From assembly GCA_044892505.1 (NCBI GenBank), contig CM097883.1, forward strand, positions 258,912,001-258,976,000: DNA of 64,000 bases. The letters run 5' to 3'. The notes under the pieces are model-generated. The model was not told where the DNA came from. It was given only the letters and a program-made list of their open reading frames with translations, and did not search any database. The DNA comes from Schmidtea nova. Lineage: Eukaryota. A program made the position numbers and the translations under genes. Shown in pieces: positions 1 through 13,963 of the stretch; the stretch's first letter is position 1; every line of letters starts with the position of its first letter.

Positions 1-678
1 TAAACAGAAATAATTGTTGATTAATTTCTTCGATTAAAACATTCAAATGAATATATATAGCTCCCAGTTTCCAATTTATTAAAAACGAAATTGTACTGGT
101 GATAGAAATTTTTTCTGATATGATAATTTCAAATATAAAACTTAATGAGACAAAATAAATTATTTTTATTTTTAAAATAAAGCAAAAACAGTAACTGTTT
201 TAAACGAGCACAAAGGTTACTTTAGTTTTTCTAATTATCGAGTCTCAATAAAATTGCTAAAATTGAAATTTAACTAATATGTAATATTTAATGAAATAAA
301 AAACTTTTGTTTTACTGATGTTGATGTAAAAAAGGGACTTAAGGCTGTTGCTGTAAGTAGTCAAAATGACTTTCAAACTCATTAGTATAAACGCGCACCC
401 TTTTTATTCTAGACTGGAAGATATGGATGATATTGACCACTCAGCTCATAGTGACATCAAAATAAAATTCATAATCTTTATTTTCAAGTTTACTTTTGAT
501 GGATGCGGAAATCTTTTTATAATCTCATCGAGGGCATGTAATGATAAAGGTTTAGAGTGAATGATATAGATCAAATATCTCCTAAAAATTTATGTGAAAT
601 ATCGCCAACAAAATTGTTTTTAAATACCACATTTATGTGTAATATTTATGCAATTGTTTTGTTATTGGTCATACAAAT

Positions 679-709
<31 letters not shown>

Positions 710-1500
710 TCGCAGCTAAAAAGAAAGAATATGTTTTGTTCAACGAACTGAAAGTTAACTAAAAATTTGAGTGACTGAGCCTTCGTCAAGGTAACCAAAA
801 TTAAAGACATATAGAACTCTGCTAAATAATGGCGCTCATTTATGACGACATGATTTTATTAATAAATAGAAGCAAAAATATCAATCCATCGAAGATAAGG
901 TGGTGTGTGAAACCAAAGTACTATTGAGTGAAATATAACTGGAAATTATTTATAATTTATTTCTAGAAATGCATTGAATTGTCAAATTTACATATATTAA
1001 AATGCTTAACATAACGATCTTCGATTTAAACAAAAAAAGTAATTTCAAAAATTTACAAATAGTTTCGAAATATTAGATTGAAAAATTAATCATTTTCTTA
1101 GTACATTGAAAAAGACAAATTTATTTTCTTATGTAGTTTGTTTGATTAACTCATTGCGTTCCAATGGTGAGTCTTCTCTTTTCTTTGCATAAACTACGAC
1201 AGTGAGGTGTAAATATAATATTTCTAAAACGTAAAACTGAATGAAACGTCCAAATATGGAGTTTATTTTTAACTTGAGTATATTATATTTTTAATTCTTT
1301 CAAAATATATCCCAGAATTGCTAGTCCCCCAATATAAAAAACTTAAAGTTCACAACAGAGTTTGTCGAGCAACAAATACTGCTTAAATATTTATTATTAT
1401 AAATTCTCTTTATTAAGGAAACTGGTGATTTAAAATCATTAGTTTTTTTCTTTTCAGGAACTAAAAAAGCCGAAAAATAAGATGGCAAAGTTAGCATAAA

Positions 1501-1507
<7 letters not shown>

Positions 1508-1579
<72 letters not shown>
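1508..1579. repeat. (TA)n microsatellite (others at about 683, 18355, 41443, 41679, 53174)
   Basis: Direct reading of the sequence. Confidence 0.95.
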
Positions 1580-1583
<4 letters not shown>

Positions 1584-1708
1584 TTCTATACAAATGTAGT
1601 AAACCCAAAAATAGTTGTTAATTACTTGTAATTATCTGTAAGAATTATTTTATCAGTAAAATATGTGGATAATCATGGCTCATGTTGTGAGTTCATTTTT
1701 GCCAACCT

Positions 1709-1832
1709 CGCGTCAGTATGCGCAATAATATTTTTGCATGCTAGCGTCTGTGTGCACATATTTTTATTTCGTTTCTTTCGCGTCTGTGTGCGCACTCGAC
1801 CTATTTTTTGGGACTCGCGTTTGTGTGCGCGG
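1709..1832 (+). repeat. Four copies of a 16-bp core CGCGTCTGTGTGCGCA spaced every 35-37 bp by unrelated T-rich spacers
   Basis: Cores at about 1709, 1744, 1779 and 1816; the same core recurs on the minus strand at 53101-53340. Confidence 0.7.
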
Positions 1833-2151
1833 TTCGGCTCGGTTTTGTACTGCTCTTCGAGAATCTCGAAAGAATTGTAAATTATTAACGCTGTTTTCTG
1901 GAGATTGTTTAGGTCCGTCCATGATTAGTACAATAACCCAAGGAGTTCACATGCTAGAAACTTTGAATGTATTCGATATCGATGTGGCTGTGTATGGCAA
2001 TCATGATTTTGACTTCGGTGTTGACAAGTTAATGCAATGTGTGGACAAAATGAATTTCGAATGGTTGAATAGTGATATCTTTGACAATATGACAGAGGAA
2101 TTGTTCGCTGATGAAATAAACGCTTTAACCATTGTTGTATTTGTGCGATAA
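1825..2151 (+). pseudogene. 5'-nucleotidase / calcineurin-like metallophosphoesterase N-terminal fragment (intronless, truncated)
   Basis: Frame of ORF 1738-2151 reads RGSARFCTAL...LFSGDCLGPSMISTITQGVHML...VAVYGNHDFDFG...FEWLNSDIFDN, matching the GGxARF, GD, GNHDFD and FPWL-S/N motifs of 5'-nucleotidases. The N-terminal HxND motif and everything after about 2115 are missing. Confidence 0.8.
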
Positions 2152-4221
2152 AAACAATATGTATTAAAGGTTTGGTTCCCCGGTTTTACAGTGAAATATT
2201 AAATTCTTCCATTTTTTTTTCTATTAATGCTTTTTTACGAAATTTTAACATATTCAGTAATTGGTAGCCAAAATAAGTGTAAAATATTTTTTTATTTATC
2301 ATTGTTTTTTCATAATACTTGGTCTTGTTGATATTATTCAATTTCTTTTTAAAATAATTCACTTTGTTATTCTTTTTTAAATTTTACATATTATTTTTGC
2401 AAAAATAGAAAAATTCTTCCTACATCATATACATTGGTGAAAGCATTTTTAACTAATGTGAGAAAACAGAAAAAAATGTTCAATAGAAAAAAGATTATCA
2501 TTATTGTCACTTATTTTGTTCACCTTTGATCTTTTCTTTCCTAGTTCAGAAATTTTTCATTTTTCAAGACTTTGAAAATACAAATTTGGAAAAAGTTCAC
2601 AAAAATGCATGCATCAATGGAAAAAATATTTGATCGAGTCTAATAAAATGAACATTATTTTCATCATTTCGAAAGAATGCCGCATTTAAAGGAGATCTTT
2701 CATCAGCTTTGAAATGCAATAAAGAAGATGGATCATTATATCTATATTTTGTGAAGAATGAAGAAATTACGAAAAAAGTCTTAAGTCATTCAATATTAGA
2801 AGAATAATTCAAATTATTCTTATTGGATGATAAAAAATAGTAAAAGATATATAAAAACGAATCAGATAGCATTAAAGAATAACGAAAAAATGTCTATAAA
2901 GTTCGCGAAAAAGTGGATAAGAAATTATTTTGGAAAATGAAAAAAAGAAGCTATGTCGAAACAGTTAAAAATAATGATAGTGAGAATAAACATTATGTTG
3001 AGAAAATTTTATATGATAATACTTCATGTCGTGGTTATTAGTTTTATAAACAAAGTATGTTCAGCGTGCCACTGCATCAAATTTGTGTGCAATAGATATT
3101 TAGGTAATGTTTGTTTAATATAAGTCGAAGTCAAAGCTCAAACAGTTGAAATGACAGTTTAATTGTCCAAATGAAGTCAGTAAAATTTTTAAATGGCTTA
3201 GAAAATTAGGAAATTATTACAAAATAATACTGATGTATGTGTGTGACGGTGAGGTTGGAATGAAATGAAAAGAATAGTCCATTCCATTCACTAAATTATC
3301 AAAGGAAGACAATTTATCAGCGCAATCATTTGATAGTATTCAAGTGGTTAGATAAGAGACATTTATTTTCTTATTTCACTTCGTACTTCACAAATATTCG
3401 AAATAGGTAAAATTCATCACAATACACACAAATGCATTTCAAAAATGTATTATTGCTGGTAATCAGTGGTTATCGTGTTCAAATCATCTGACTCCAAATC
3501 AACTAAAAAAGAATATAAGTTCCAAAAATGTATTCAGCGAAAACTTGTAAAAAATAAAATCTGCTCTTTTAGAAAAGTTTTATTGATACATTTTTAAAAA
3601 TAATTAAATTAGCAATTTTATACAACAATTTTTAAGTGGACAAGTCCATGAAATTAGTTAAATTGAAATTTGAAAAAATTATCATATCTTTGTAATCAAT
3701 TAGTCGTTATGAAAAAGAAATTTGTTTTCTTTGAGAACATGAAAAGGCGATTAATGTCAAGTATTATTAAAGACTGTTCTGTTCTAGAATCGATTTGGCA
3801 TCAATTGGACTGATATGCTCTAAAGATTCGCCTTTTGGAAGTCACAGAATTCAAAAAATCACTGTAAATTTTTCGTTATTTAGTTTTTAACGGAAATCTT
3901 ACTTTACATTATTGTGATGATTGTTGCACATATCGCTGAAAATTTCAAAAGGATCATTTGTGTGGTTTCAGAGTTATATCGTTTTTTAGCTAACAAAAAA
4001 AAGAAAGATGTATTTTTGTGAAAAAATGGTTTTATCTAAATACTTGTTATCCTTGTTAGTGAAAACATGACAAATTAACAGCAACAGTGTAGTATTTTAT
4101 GTCAAAACATTTATGATACATAAACAACCCTTCTGTCTGCTTTTTTCCTTTCCTACGCTTGTTGCACTAGTCACTTATGTCTTTTGAATTTTACAGTTGA
4201 TCACTGATTGTACTGAGTAAT

Positions 4222-5137
4222 GTGTTTGAAATCTTTGTACTTTGCTCTGCAAAGAGATTTTTGAACGACGGGAATTCCTGCTGCATTATGTATTGCATTA
4301 TGTATTACTCATGGCAAAATAAATCAATGTCAGTCTCTGGAATTGACAAACATTATTGGAGATGCAAGGGCAAAAGTCGCAAAATTGGTTTACCGGTCAG
4401 AAAGAGAAATTTTTTCTCTGGTTCTCATCTAATTGTACGTGATATTCTCAGAATAATCTATTACTGGAGCCCAGATACGCCTTGCAAAATTATTAAGTAA
4501 ATATTGGAGAACCCACTTATATCGATTGAATGAATTTCATTCGTGATATCTGTGGAAATTATTTTTTCATCGATCACCCCATTATTCATATTGGTAGACC
4601 GGGACGAATTGTCGCAATTGATGAATCCAAATGCTTTCATAGAAAGTATCAACGGGGATCATATCGCGAAAGTCAGTGGGTTTTCGGCGCTGTCAATGTG
4701 GATAATCACGCTGACTGTCTACTTATTGTTCCCATTGATCATCCTAATAGAGGGACTCTAGAGCCTCTAATTCAAGAGTATAAAATTCCTGGAACAAATA
4801 TTTTGGGTGATGAGTTGCGTGCTTACTCAAACCTTTGTAATTTGGGACATGCACATTACACCGTAAATCACTCGGAAACCTTTCTATATCCCATAATGAA
4901 TATACATAAAAATCGCATAGAAAGAATGTGGAGTTGTGCAAAAGAAAAAATAAGACGCGTACATGGCATCTCTGCATCATTATTCCCTAATTATTTGGAA
5001 GAGTAGCACAGAAGACATCCTAAATTTAAATTTCAACATATTCTGCTACACATTTCCGAGCAGTATGAGTATATATATATTCTGATATATATATTCTGAA
5101 TATGAAAAATTGTGGGGGCGAAACGTAAGGATCGCTG
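4222..5137 (+). mobile_element. Merlin (IS1016/ISXO2-like) DNA transposon, decayed transposase
   Basis: ORFs 4222-4500 and 4530-5006: WRC..., IVAIDESK...RKYQRG...QWVFG, ILGDELRAYSNL, HYTVNHSETF, IERMWS are typical ISXO2-like DDE motifs. In-frame stops are present; the left TIR was not found. Confidence 0.88.
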
Positions 5138-5204
5138 AATAATATTATTGATAGCCATTTTATCTCTGACATCAGCTAACAAATATATTCATCAAAAATA
5201 TGTA

Positions 5205-5428
5205 ATTTGCAACTTTAAATCTTTATTAGATGAAATATTTCTATTTTAAAAAGTTCCTGATCACTCCAATACGAAATTCTTTCCAATTGGCATATCGATT
5301 TTTTCAGTATAATTTTAGAAAGAAAATACACACGAAGAAGTGATAAGTTAATTGGAAAGAATTTTGTATTGGAGTAATCAGGATCTTTTAAAGATCGAGA
5401 TATTTCATAGGAATAAACATTGCAGAGA
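5205..5428. mobile_element. MITE-like inverted repeat with arms of about 85 bp
   Basis: gatcactccaatacgaaattctttccaatt (about 5260) is the near reverse complement of aattggaaagaattttgtattggagtaatc (about 5350); similarity extends outward. Confidence 0.6.
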
Positions 5429-5461
5429 AAGGCTCAACACTTTTACGTTATTATATTTTAA

Positions 5462-5531
5462 CTCTTTGAGCCCTATAGGTCGGTAAATCTGTCTGATTTA
5501 GCTTGTACAATGAACGTCCGTGTTCAAAGGG
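5462..5531. mobile_element. 70-bp piggyBac-like mini-element
   Basis: TTAA|CTCTTTGAGC ... GTTCAAAGGG|TTAA: TTAA on both sides and imperfect CCCTTTGAAC-type termini. Confidence 0.55.
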
Positions 5532-5866
5532 TTAATAATCTTTGCTAACTAAAAAAAATACAAGTATTCTATATTTTAATAATAATAATAATAAAAACAA
5601 TAATATTAATATCAATAATTCACATAATGGTAAGACTATAGATCAAAATTACTTTAAATAAGTGCACAATACACACTTGATAAAGGCTGTGCCGAAATAT
5701 TGTGTACCTATTTAAAGAAATTGGAATTATTGATATTAATATTAAAAAAGATCAAAGGTAAAACAAAAAGATAATTATGATAATAATAATAATAAATTAA
5801 TAATAAAAATAATAATAAAAATAAAATTATATTAATAAATTATAATAAAATTCAATTGAAACTCAC

Positions 5867-6477
5867 TAAAGCGTTTTTCATTCAAAACTACAGATGTTAT
5901 AATTGGATCATTGAGTAATATACAACTGGGAGAAGATTCTACTGAGTGTGTTTTATCACTTTCCGCATAAGATGGAGCATTCGACAAGCTCTCATCATTA
6001 TATACACCATCATTATCATTGTCAATGTTTACTTCAATGGAATCATTTGTGAGATAATAATTATCCTCTTTCGGATAATAAAAAGATTTCACTCTATTTA
6101 CACAAGGATTTTTATCAGCTGCTGTCAATTTGATTATTTTAGTGCATCTATCATTCTTTATAAAATGATTTTCCAAGCTTGCTAGATTTCGTTTCAATGG
6201 TAACCTTCCTATATTGTTATTTCTGACTAAATGATACATTTGATCGCATTTCATATCCTTAGCAATCCATGATGGAATGGTATTTCGATTTCTCTTATTA
6301 GCTACTGAATGTGAGGGTTGATGTTCTGTCATTATACTATCGACCATAAAATCATCATCACTGTCGGAATTAGGTGATGAATCTAATAATATAATTTTAT
6401 AAGATTATTATTTCAATTTTTAATTTCAAAAAAAGATAAATATTCTTACCAAATGAATTATTGTAGAGAGTTGTCAT
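5867..6477 (-). CDS. Orphan spliced gene, exons 1-2 (6477-6450, 6382-5867), continuing leftward; acidic/Ser/Asn-rich protein
   Basis: ATG at 6477; 67-nt GTAAG...TTAG intron joins in frame (MTTLYNNSF-D-SSPNSDSDDDFMVDS...) to ORF 5832-6347; GTGAGT donor at 5866. Confidence 0.6.
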
Positions 6478-7356
6478 TTCTAAAATAAATAACAATTTAT
6501 TACTTTAAATACAAATTTTCATGAATATTGTAGTAAAGTAAAAAGAATAATTTTATTAAATGAATACATTAGATAATAAAAAATTGAAAAATATTTTACG
6601 TATTTTTTAACTATTCAAAACTTTTGTGATTTAATTTTTATACCTATATTAAAACAAATACATTTATTTGTCATATTTTTCAACGATATTATTTCAGTTT
6701 TAGTTTGACTAAAAAGGCATTTACTGTCATATTTAAATTATTTATTAAAGTCATAATAAAAGATTAAGTAATAAGAAAGTCCCTTTGTATTTGAAGCATT
6801 AAAATTTAAAGAATGAAAAGTTAACATTTCATTAAAAGTTGATATTGTGAAAAAAATATTTGTCATATTCTTATATCAAAATATATTTTCAATGCATATT
6901 TTTAATACTTTTCGAGAACAATTTATTTAATTTCATTATGTCATAAAATTTTAAAAATTATTTGTAATGTGTTGGGTTTCGTATACCAACACTTTTCAAT
7001 TACGTTCATCCACGAAACTCATTCATACCTTTTTAGTCCTCATTTAGGTATCCAAAAACAACTCAATTTTGAGATATTCTCATTCGTAAATATATCTTTT
7101 CTGGGACAGATGGATCGGATTCTTAGTGTCAACTCTTTTTCAATGTAAACATTGATCGAGGGCGTCGCGGAAATTCCTTAGTTTAGGTCTAGTGGCGTAA
7201 ATCAGATTGTAACATCTCCTTGGCTTATTGGCATAGGAATAATTTCTGTTGCATCCCTTATACGTATAATGGAATGAAATATATCGATCTTAATTTGATT
7301 ATACGATTCTTGAACTTTTTCTGAGCGTGTTGGTTCAGTTTCTCCTGTATTTTGGA

Positions 7357-10090
7357 TAGGGATTGCAAAATTACCGAGTTTTGGTGTTACTGGTAAAAGG
7401 TAAACCGGTTCGCCGGTGAATTACCGGTAAAATCTTTTCAATTAAAAATTAGGTATTAGCAATAGCCAAGAAGTAAAAAATTCAAAAAATTGTATGTACA
7501 AGAAATAATTAACAATAACTTTATAATATATTATAATAAAAGCATAATTAATAAATACAAGAAAATGAAAACATATACATTAATTTATTCAATAATAATA
7601 AAACAACACAAAAGAATTAAAAATCGTGTAAATATCTAATAGAATATCTTTTTGTGCATTGACATACACGGAGCAGACAGGTCAAATCTATTGTAGTATC
7701 ACTAAGTCTGGATCATATATTTTTGCATATTACCTCTGCTGATGAAAAAGCTCGCTTGGATTCAACACTTGTTGGTTTTATTGATGAAAGATGATTGAAC
7801 GCCAGCGTTAAATATCTACCACGGCTTTGTTCCTTTTCAAACACAGAGATTTCTTTTTTAACCAGTTTTGTTAAGGTTGCAGTGTTTTTTTGTTATTGTA
7901 GTGCGGGGAATTTTATTTAATTTTAAGTCAATCTTTTGTTTCATAGCCAATTGCAACCTGCCCTTCATGGTTGATGGTGTTTGTTCAAAGACTTCAGATA
8001 CACGATCATCAGATGAATGAGTCATTATAACTGAATCATTGGATTCATTATCTCATTGACTGTCATTTATAACTTTCAAGCGTTCTATAAGAGACACAAT
8101 AATTTTTGTAATTTCAGGTTTTTTAAATTTAATTAAATTGTAATTATCCTCTAGATGAATATTCCTAAAATCAAGGGGATTAGGCAAAAACTGGATAAAA
8201 TTGGAAAAACCTGTGCAACGCTCTTGTACTCGTAAAATTAATTCATATTTTAATTCTCAGCTTAGAGTACTAATTTGTGCAGACAATTCATCAAGCATGA
8301 ATTTTATGGTGACATCGGCATTCAAAAATGTACAATTAGATGCACCTAAGGCTTCTACAGCCATTTTTACATGTAGTAACATAGATATTATCGAGCTAAT
8401 AAAATCAATTTCATTTTCTGAAAAAGAAATTTTAATATTTAAATCAATAATGCTCTTTCTGGAACATGATTATAATTGATAGAAACGTTCAACCATATCT
8501 AATAGGCTGCTTCATCTTGTCCTCCTATCCAAAATAAAACATATTTCTTTCCCAAATTCATTTTCACGTAATGTTGAAGAACATCATTTTTCATGGTGGA
8601 ACGATGAAATAATTTTACCACTCGTAGAACTTTTGTTATAATTGGTAATATAGTTTCGTTTGAAACATCACTTTCATCCATTAAGCCATACTCTAAGCTG
8701 AAATCTTCATGTAGGTATTTTTCTTCTCTCTCTTCCTCTTCATCATCCTCTTCACAATCATTTTCACAATCCTCTTCACTTGACTCCCAGATACTGATAC
8801 TGGTTTTACTATATTCTTTTTATATAGGACTTAATTAATAGCAAGCTGTATTCCATGTGCTAAACATAACTGATGATTTGTGTTCAAGCTTAAGTCTAAC
8901 TTCTTCATAACCGCCGCACCGTCTGTTGTTATTGAAACTATACTATTAAACTTTAGTCCGAATTATTCTAATTTAATTTCAACTAGATCCCATTATATGT
9001 TGGCGTTCATGGATCCATGTGTCCGATTGAGGCCTAGATTCCATATTTTGTTTCCGGCCGTATGAACATTATTGTTTATATATTTTCGATTTTTAATGGA
9101 AGTCCACTCATCGAAGGTAAGTCTAAATCGACCACCATTTTTTATCACGTCTGAAATATTTCCACAAATTTCACTGAGAATTTTAACACAATACTCCATT
9201 ACAAAGTCTTTTATAGAATTTGCAGATTTCGGCACCGTAATGCCTTTAGCTTTAAGAAGTCGTCTTAAGTCGAATGAGGAGCAAAATATTTTTGAAACCA
9301 TCTTTTGCCACCATTCTGGAAATCACTGTAGAAAGTGAGTCGTCAATAGTCCTTTAGAAATAATATGCTAAGGTATTGCGAGATGAACCCGCTCCTGATG
9401 AGCTATCTTCTAGATGAGCAAACATAATTAGTATGGATACATCTATTTCCGCCCAATTTAATAGATTGACTTGGTGGTTGCTTTTTAGAAGAGCATGTAG
9501 TCCACTTATTGAACCTCCACCAGCTTTCAATATTTTTTTGCATTTGTTGCATTTGGCCTTATCTTTTCCATCCCGATTAAAGTAGTCCCATACAGTCTTC
9601 TTTGTTTTTTCAGTCTCCACGGATTTAAATTAAAATGTATATTATGGTAAAATGTTTTGTAAATAAAAAAAATCAAATATAATAAATACTTACTACACAA
9701 CTATATTAAATTCTAGTAACAATATTTAAATAAAGACAACAGCATTAAACTGACTTTAATTAAACTTCAAGATTTTCAAGACTTCAAAACTTTAATATAA
9801 CTTCACAATTTAAAACGAATTTCTACTATGACCTCAAATTAACACAATTAAAAAATACTTAAACAAATATTTAAAATAATATTTAAAAATTAACACAATT
9901 TTTAGGACATACAATTTTAATTGGTGAATTTGGATAACGGATATGAATTTAAAATATAGTTCAGTAATTTTTAAAGGATAATATTGAAATAAATTTTTAA
10001 AAATTACCAAAAGAACCGGTAATTTCGGTAATAAAATTGGCCAGTAAAATCGGTAAATCGGTTAACCGTTTATCGGTTTTGCAATCCCTA
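7357..10090 (-). mobile_element. Complete hAT DNA transposon (2734 bp) with decayed transposase
   Basis: TIRs TAGGGATTGCAAAA / TTTTGCAATCCCTA; 8-bp TSD ATTTTGGA on both sides. BED finger (VWDYF...AKCNKCKK) at 9354-9620, FDEWTS catalytic block at 8993-9301, dimerisation motif PTSVESKRAFSSA at about 7735-7790. Confidence 0.95.
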
Positions 10091-10099
10091 ATTTTGGAT

Positions 10100-10176
10100 C
10101 ATTTTCAGGCCGTTATTTTCAGGCCGTTATTTTCAGGCCGTTATTTTCAGGCCGTTATTTTCACGCCGTTATTTTC
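10100..10176 (+). repeat. 14-bp tandem repeat (TTTTCAGGCCGTTA) x about 5
   Basis: Direct reading; starts just outside the right TSD of the hAT element. Confidence 0.9.
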
Positions 10177-10865
10177 TTGTTTGCTATGTTAATAAAAATA
10201 TCTCTAAAGTATAACGATGAATAAATACGAAACAACAATTTAATTGAAAGTTATCAAGCCCTCAAGCTCTATTATCCTCAGATCATTGAAAAACTATTTA
10301 AAATATTAATATATGTACGAGAATTGCCATCGAAACTATTATAGGTGCACAATGGTTTGATTTTTGGCCAACTTTATAGTTTTAGCTTGATACCTGGCTT
10401 GACATTAATCTTTTTTGTTTGGTACTCGTTGCGTGACAAAGTTGATACTGTACTAAGTGGTTGAATATTTGTAAAAGGATGAGCTGCGTGTCCAAAAGCC
10501 CTAAAACCTAGTCAATTCATTTAAGTTCAGGTACCAGTGACAAAAGGTTATGGTATTCTTAATTTCTGGTTCATTCATCATATATTTAGCATGATCTTTA
10601 TTTATTAATACTTTCCAAAAATAGAAATTTCTAAAAACTACTATTCTGATGTTGTTTATAACCCTCAGACATATTTCATTTTCCCTTCAAACTCACTGAT
10701 ATTCTATTTCATCTAAACTGGTTACTAATACAATCATAAACTCCTGACAATTTATTATTGTTTCATTAACTCACAAACAGAAGACAAAAATTAAAATGAA
10801 AACGCTGATTTAAACAAAATATATTTAAATTATCTATCGCAACAGCAGTTGGTCTACTATCCTTA

Positions 10866-11282
10866 CTAAATTTGCAAGTTATTCACTTTTCTCTCAGCTT
10901 TTCCGGGTCTTAGTTTTCGAGGTTTGCCCTCTTCTATGAACCTATTTGTCGATGCATCTATTCTATCAAGAAATAATTCTTGCTCTAAGTAAGACAATGG
11001 TTTTATCGTCTTGTTCAGGGTGTCTTGTATCTTTTCTGGTTTGCTTGATATTGCTGCTCTCGTAACTTAACCTTTTACGCACAAATTTCGATTTCATCAA
11101 GGTGCACTTGGATTTTTAAACTTCGATTTATTTCCGCGTGCGCAGTATCTTACCAGATTTGTACCAAGAATATTCAATTTTTTTGCAACGCTGTAGGAGA
11201 CTTGTCGCCCTTTCCTCTGCATCTGGTTTTGTTGGGTCACTTTTTCAGGAGAGATTTTAAGTCGTTTTTTTATCGTGCACAT
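10866..11282 (-). pseudogene. Decayed copy of the orphan ORF-X family
   Basis: QELFLDRIDASTNRFIEEGKPRKLRPGKAER aligns without gaps to QELFPVRVEEEIQKPSVPEKPKRWKPIKGMR of ORF 25132-25650; an upstream REQ block is in a shifted frame; stops and frameshifts are present. Confidence 0.55.
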
Positions 11283-13150
11283 CTATAAAAAAGAAATTCA
11301 TAAACCTTCGTAATTATAACAGTAAGTCATTTTTTCTTATACAAAATCAGATTATTTCCTATATAATATATGAAAAGGTAAGATACAAAATTGAAAGTAA
11401 AAGCTGTCCTAACAGAAAAAAATAATATTATTAAAACTACAAAAATTAAAAACATTCATCTACGGAAATCTTTGTTTAAATGTATTCTGATCTTGGCTTG
11501 ATGCTTCTCGCAATTTGCTACATATGAACTGTTCCTCCGTAGCATCTACTTCTCTTTTTTATGTAAACGACGACGCGTTCGTTTACCTGGTTTGTTTTTG
11601 ATTCATTTTGATTTATTCGAGTTTACTTTCCTATTGCTCTGGCTGACATGAAATCTGTCTTTGCACTTCTAATTTAGTCATGATTTGTGGCATATTTTCC
11701 ATAGTAGTCACTTCTGGTTCAGATGGTTCCCGCTTGATAATAACTATCTTTGGAACCGATTGGGATTGATAATGCTCCATGAGAATCGGACATTTCTTTT
11801 CTCCTTTAAAGACCACACGAAATACGCGCTCGTAGAACATTCTTCTCGTCAGCGGTAGAGTCAGGAAAGCGTTCATTACCTCCATGAGAGCTTACTTAAG
11901 CGTGAGAGTTCTATGTACTTGATCTAATTCTGAGTGGTTAGCTTACTGTTTCGTTTGTTAGAACATGATTACAAAGGTTAAAGTAGTTTATAACTACTGA
12001 ATACTGGTTAGGAAATTGGTTTTACAGTTAATTAGCTGCGAGAGGCCACTGTAGAATGGACAGAAACTCGTCTTCAGGAATTTTACAAATTATTAAGATT
12101 TTTGGTCGAGCCTTGAATGATTTGTTTATATTTCAGTTAAATCATTTATTCGATTAATTTACCTTTGTTATGATTAGGTTCACGAGTATTTTTTCCCTTT
12201 TTTGCTGTTTATTTAATGAATTTATTTAAAAATGGAATTTATTTAATGATTAGATTTCTTTATCGATTTTGTAATTAAATGATCAATTATTTACATAATT
12301 AATTATTTACATGATTAATTATTTACATTATTTGAATTTTACTTTTAGTTGATAATTGATGGAGTAAACGGTGTGATGTTATGAAATTCAGAGAAGAAAA
12401 AATGAGGGCAATGAATTAAGAAATGAGAAGATCACACTAAAAATTGATGAAATCAAACTAACTACTAGATATTACTAAAACATCTTCTAAATTATTTTCT
12501 AAATTAGATTGAGAAGTTGAAGTCACAATTCCAAGTTTTTATTTTAAGAAATATTATATAATTTTCAAACAAATTTTCAGCCTTGAACAAAAATATTTTA
12601 AAATATATAAATTTAAAATTATTTATAAAAATTATATTTTATTAAAATTTAATTATATATTTTATCGACTTTTAAAAATTTAAATTATAAAAATTTAAAT
12701 ACGCATTTAATTATAACAATTATTTTAAAACTTATTAAATTTAAATTATTTATCATTTCAAATTATTTTAATAAATCATTAAAATATTCAGTTCTCAGCT
12801 ACAAACACTTCACACAAATAAAATAAAAAAGGTCATTAATAACTAATAAGTTAATACCAAAGGAATACCAAAATCAAAAACAAAATCAAGAAGGTAATTC
12901 ATAATTTGACAGCTTGTCAAAGATAATAAGAGTGCAGAAAAAAAGTCTGAACCGAAAAAAGGAAAGAATAGAATACCTCGACAGTTGTCAGAGATAAAGG
13001 AGGAGCTATGAAAAAAGTATGGAGTAGGCTTGAGGTAAGTAAATGGAAAAACAAAAATAATTTCAAGTACCAGTGAAGGGCAAACTATAAAAGGGATAAG
13101 CCACAGTTGTTGAATCAGAAAAAAATAAGAAGAAGAGAAAATGTTAGAAG

Positions 13151-13963
13151 TGTTGGGGTTGGTTGAAAAGGTTTGAAAAAAAATTAAAAAGCACAAAATT
13201 TATGTGCAAATCGATAAAAATACGAAAATTGGAAAAATAATAATTAAAGTGCAAACATTAATTAAAAATTTACAAAAGTCAAAAATACAGATTCAACGGA
13301 CGAAACTGGTATGGGAGGATGCCAAATGATGAGATGAATTCAAATATGGGTTTATAAAATTAAAAAGGCACCCTCAGAAAAAAAATATTTAGAAAATACA
13401 AATTAATTAAATAATTAATTACCTAATAGAAAACCGGAGCTAATGGGAAACTCGAGCGATGTGGGAAACCCGGGGCATCAACAAATTCATTTAATTATCT
13501 AAATAAATTGAAAGACTGAAAGATTCACTGGGAAGAGTCGCAAAATCAATTTGTTCAAATCAAATTATGTAGCGACAAAAACAATTGAATTATTTTGTCT
13601 TGGCAGACGACAGGAAGAAAGGAAAAAGGCAGTATATAAACTGAGGGCAATTTGCCGATATTGCCAGTTGGTCGAAGAAATTTTAAAGAATTGAATGGAA
13701 AAATAAATAAAAAAGAGGCAGAAACGATAACTGAAAGTTAAAGAGTATCGATTGATCAATTTTCTCTACAAACTATAAAGGGAGATCTCCCATTGGGTTT
13801 TCTACCCTAACGTAAGAGAGCAGACAAATATTGTAACTTTCTGTGATTTAGATTGTTGTGATTGAATTGAAAAATAAAAATTATTGTGTTGGGTCTAATT
13901 TATTTTGTGAACGAAAGAACACCGGAGTCAGGTACCAACCGACTACTCATTAATAACCCAACA
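13151..13963 (+). mobile_element. Solo LTR (813 bp)
   Basis: Termini TGTTGGGG...CCCAACA; 4-bp TSD GAAG; internal TATA (gcagtatataaa) and AATAAA; homologous along its length to 39865-41210. Confidence 0.8.

Noticed and set aside
300-1480. Plus-strand multi-exon gene at the window start
   Set aside because: Good-looking splice sites exist (GTAAGT 352, GTGAGT 1167, TTTTCAG 1457), but I could not assemble a consistent open frame.
1709-1832. CRISPR array
   Set aside because: Cores are only 16 bp and degenerate, spacers are T-rich and about 20 bp, there are no cas genes, and the context is eukaryotic.
2900-3200. SWIM/MULE zinc-finger remnant
   Set aside because: The Cys-rich frame is frameshifted and lacks the diagnostic CxH spacing; too weak to support.
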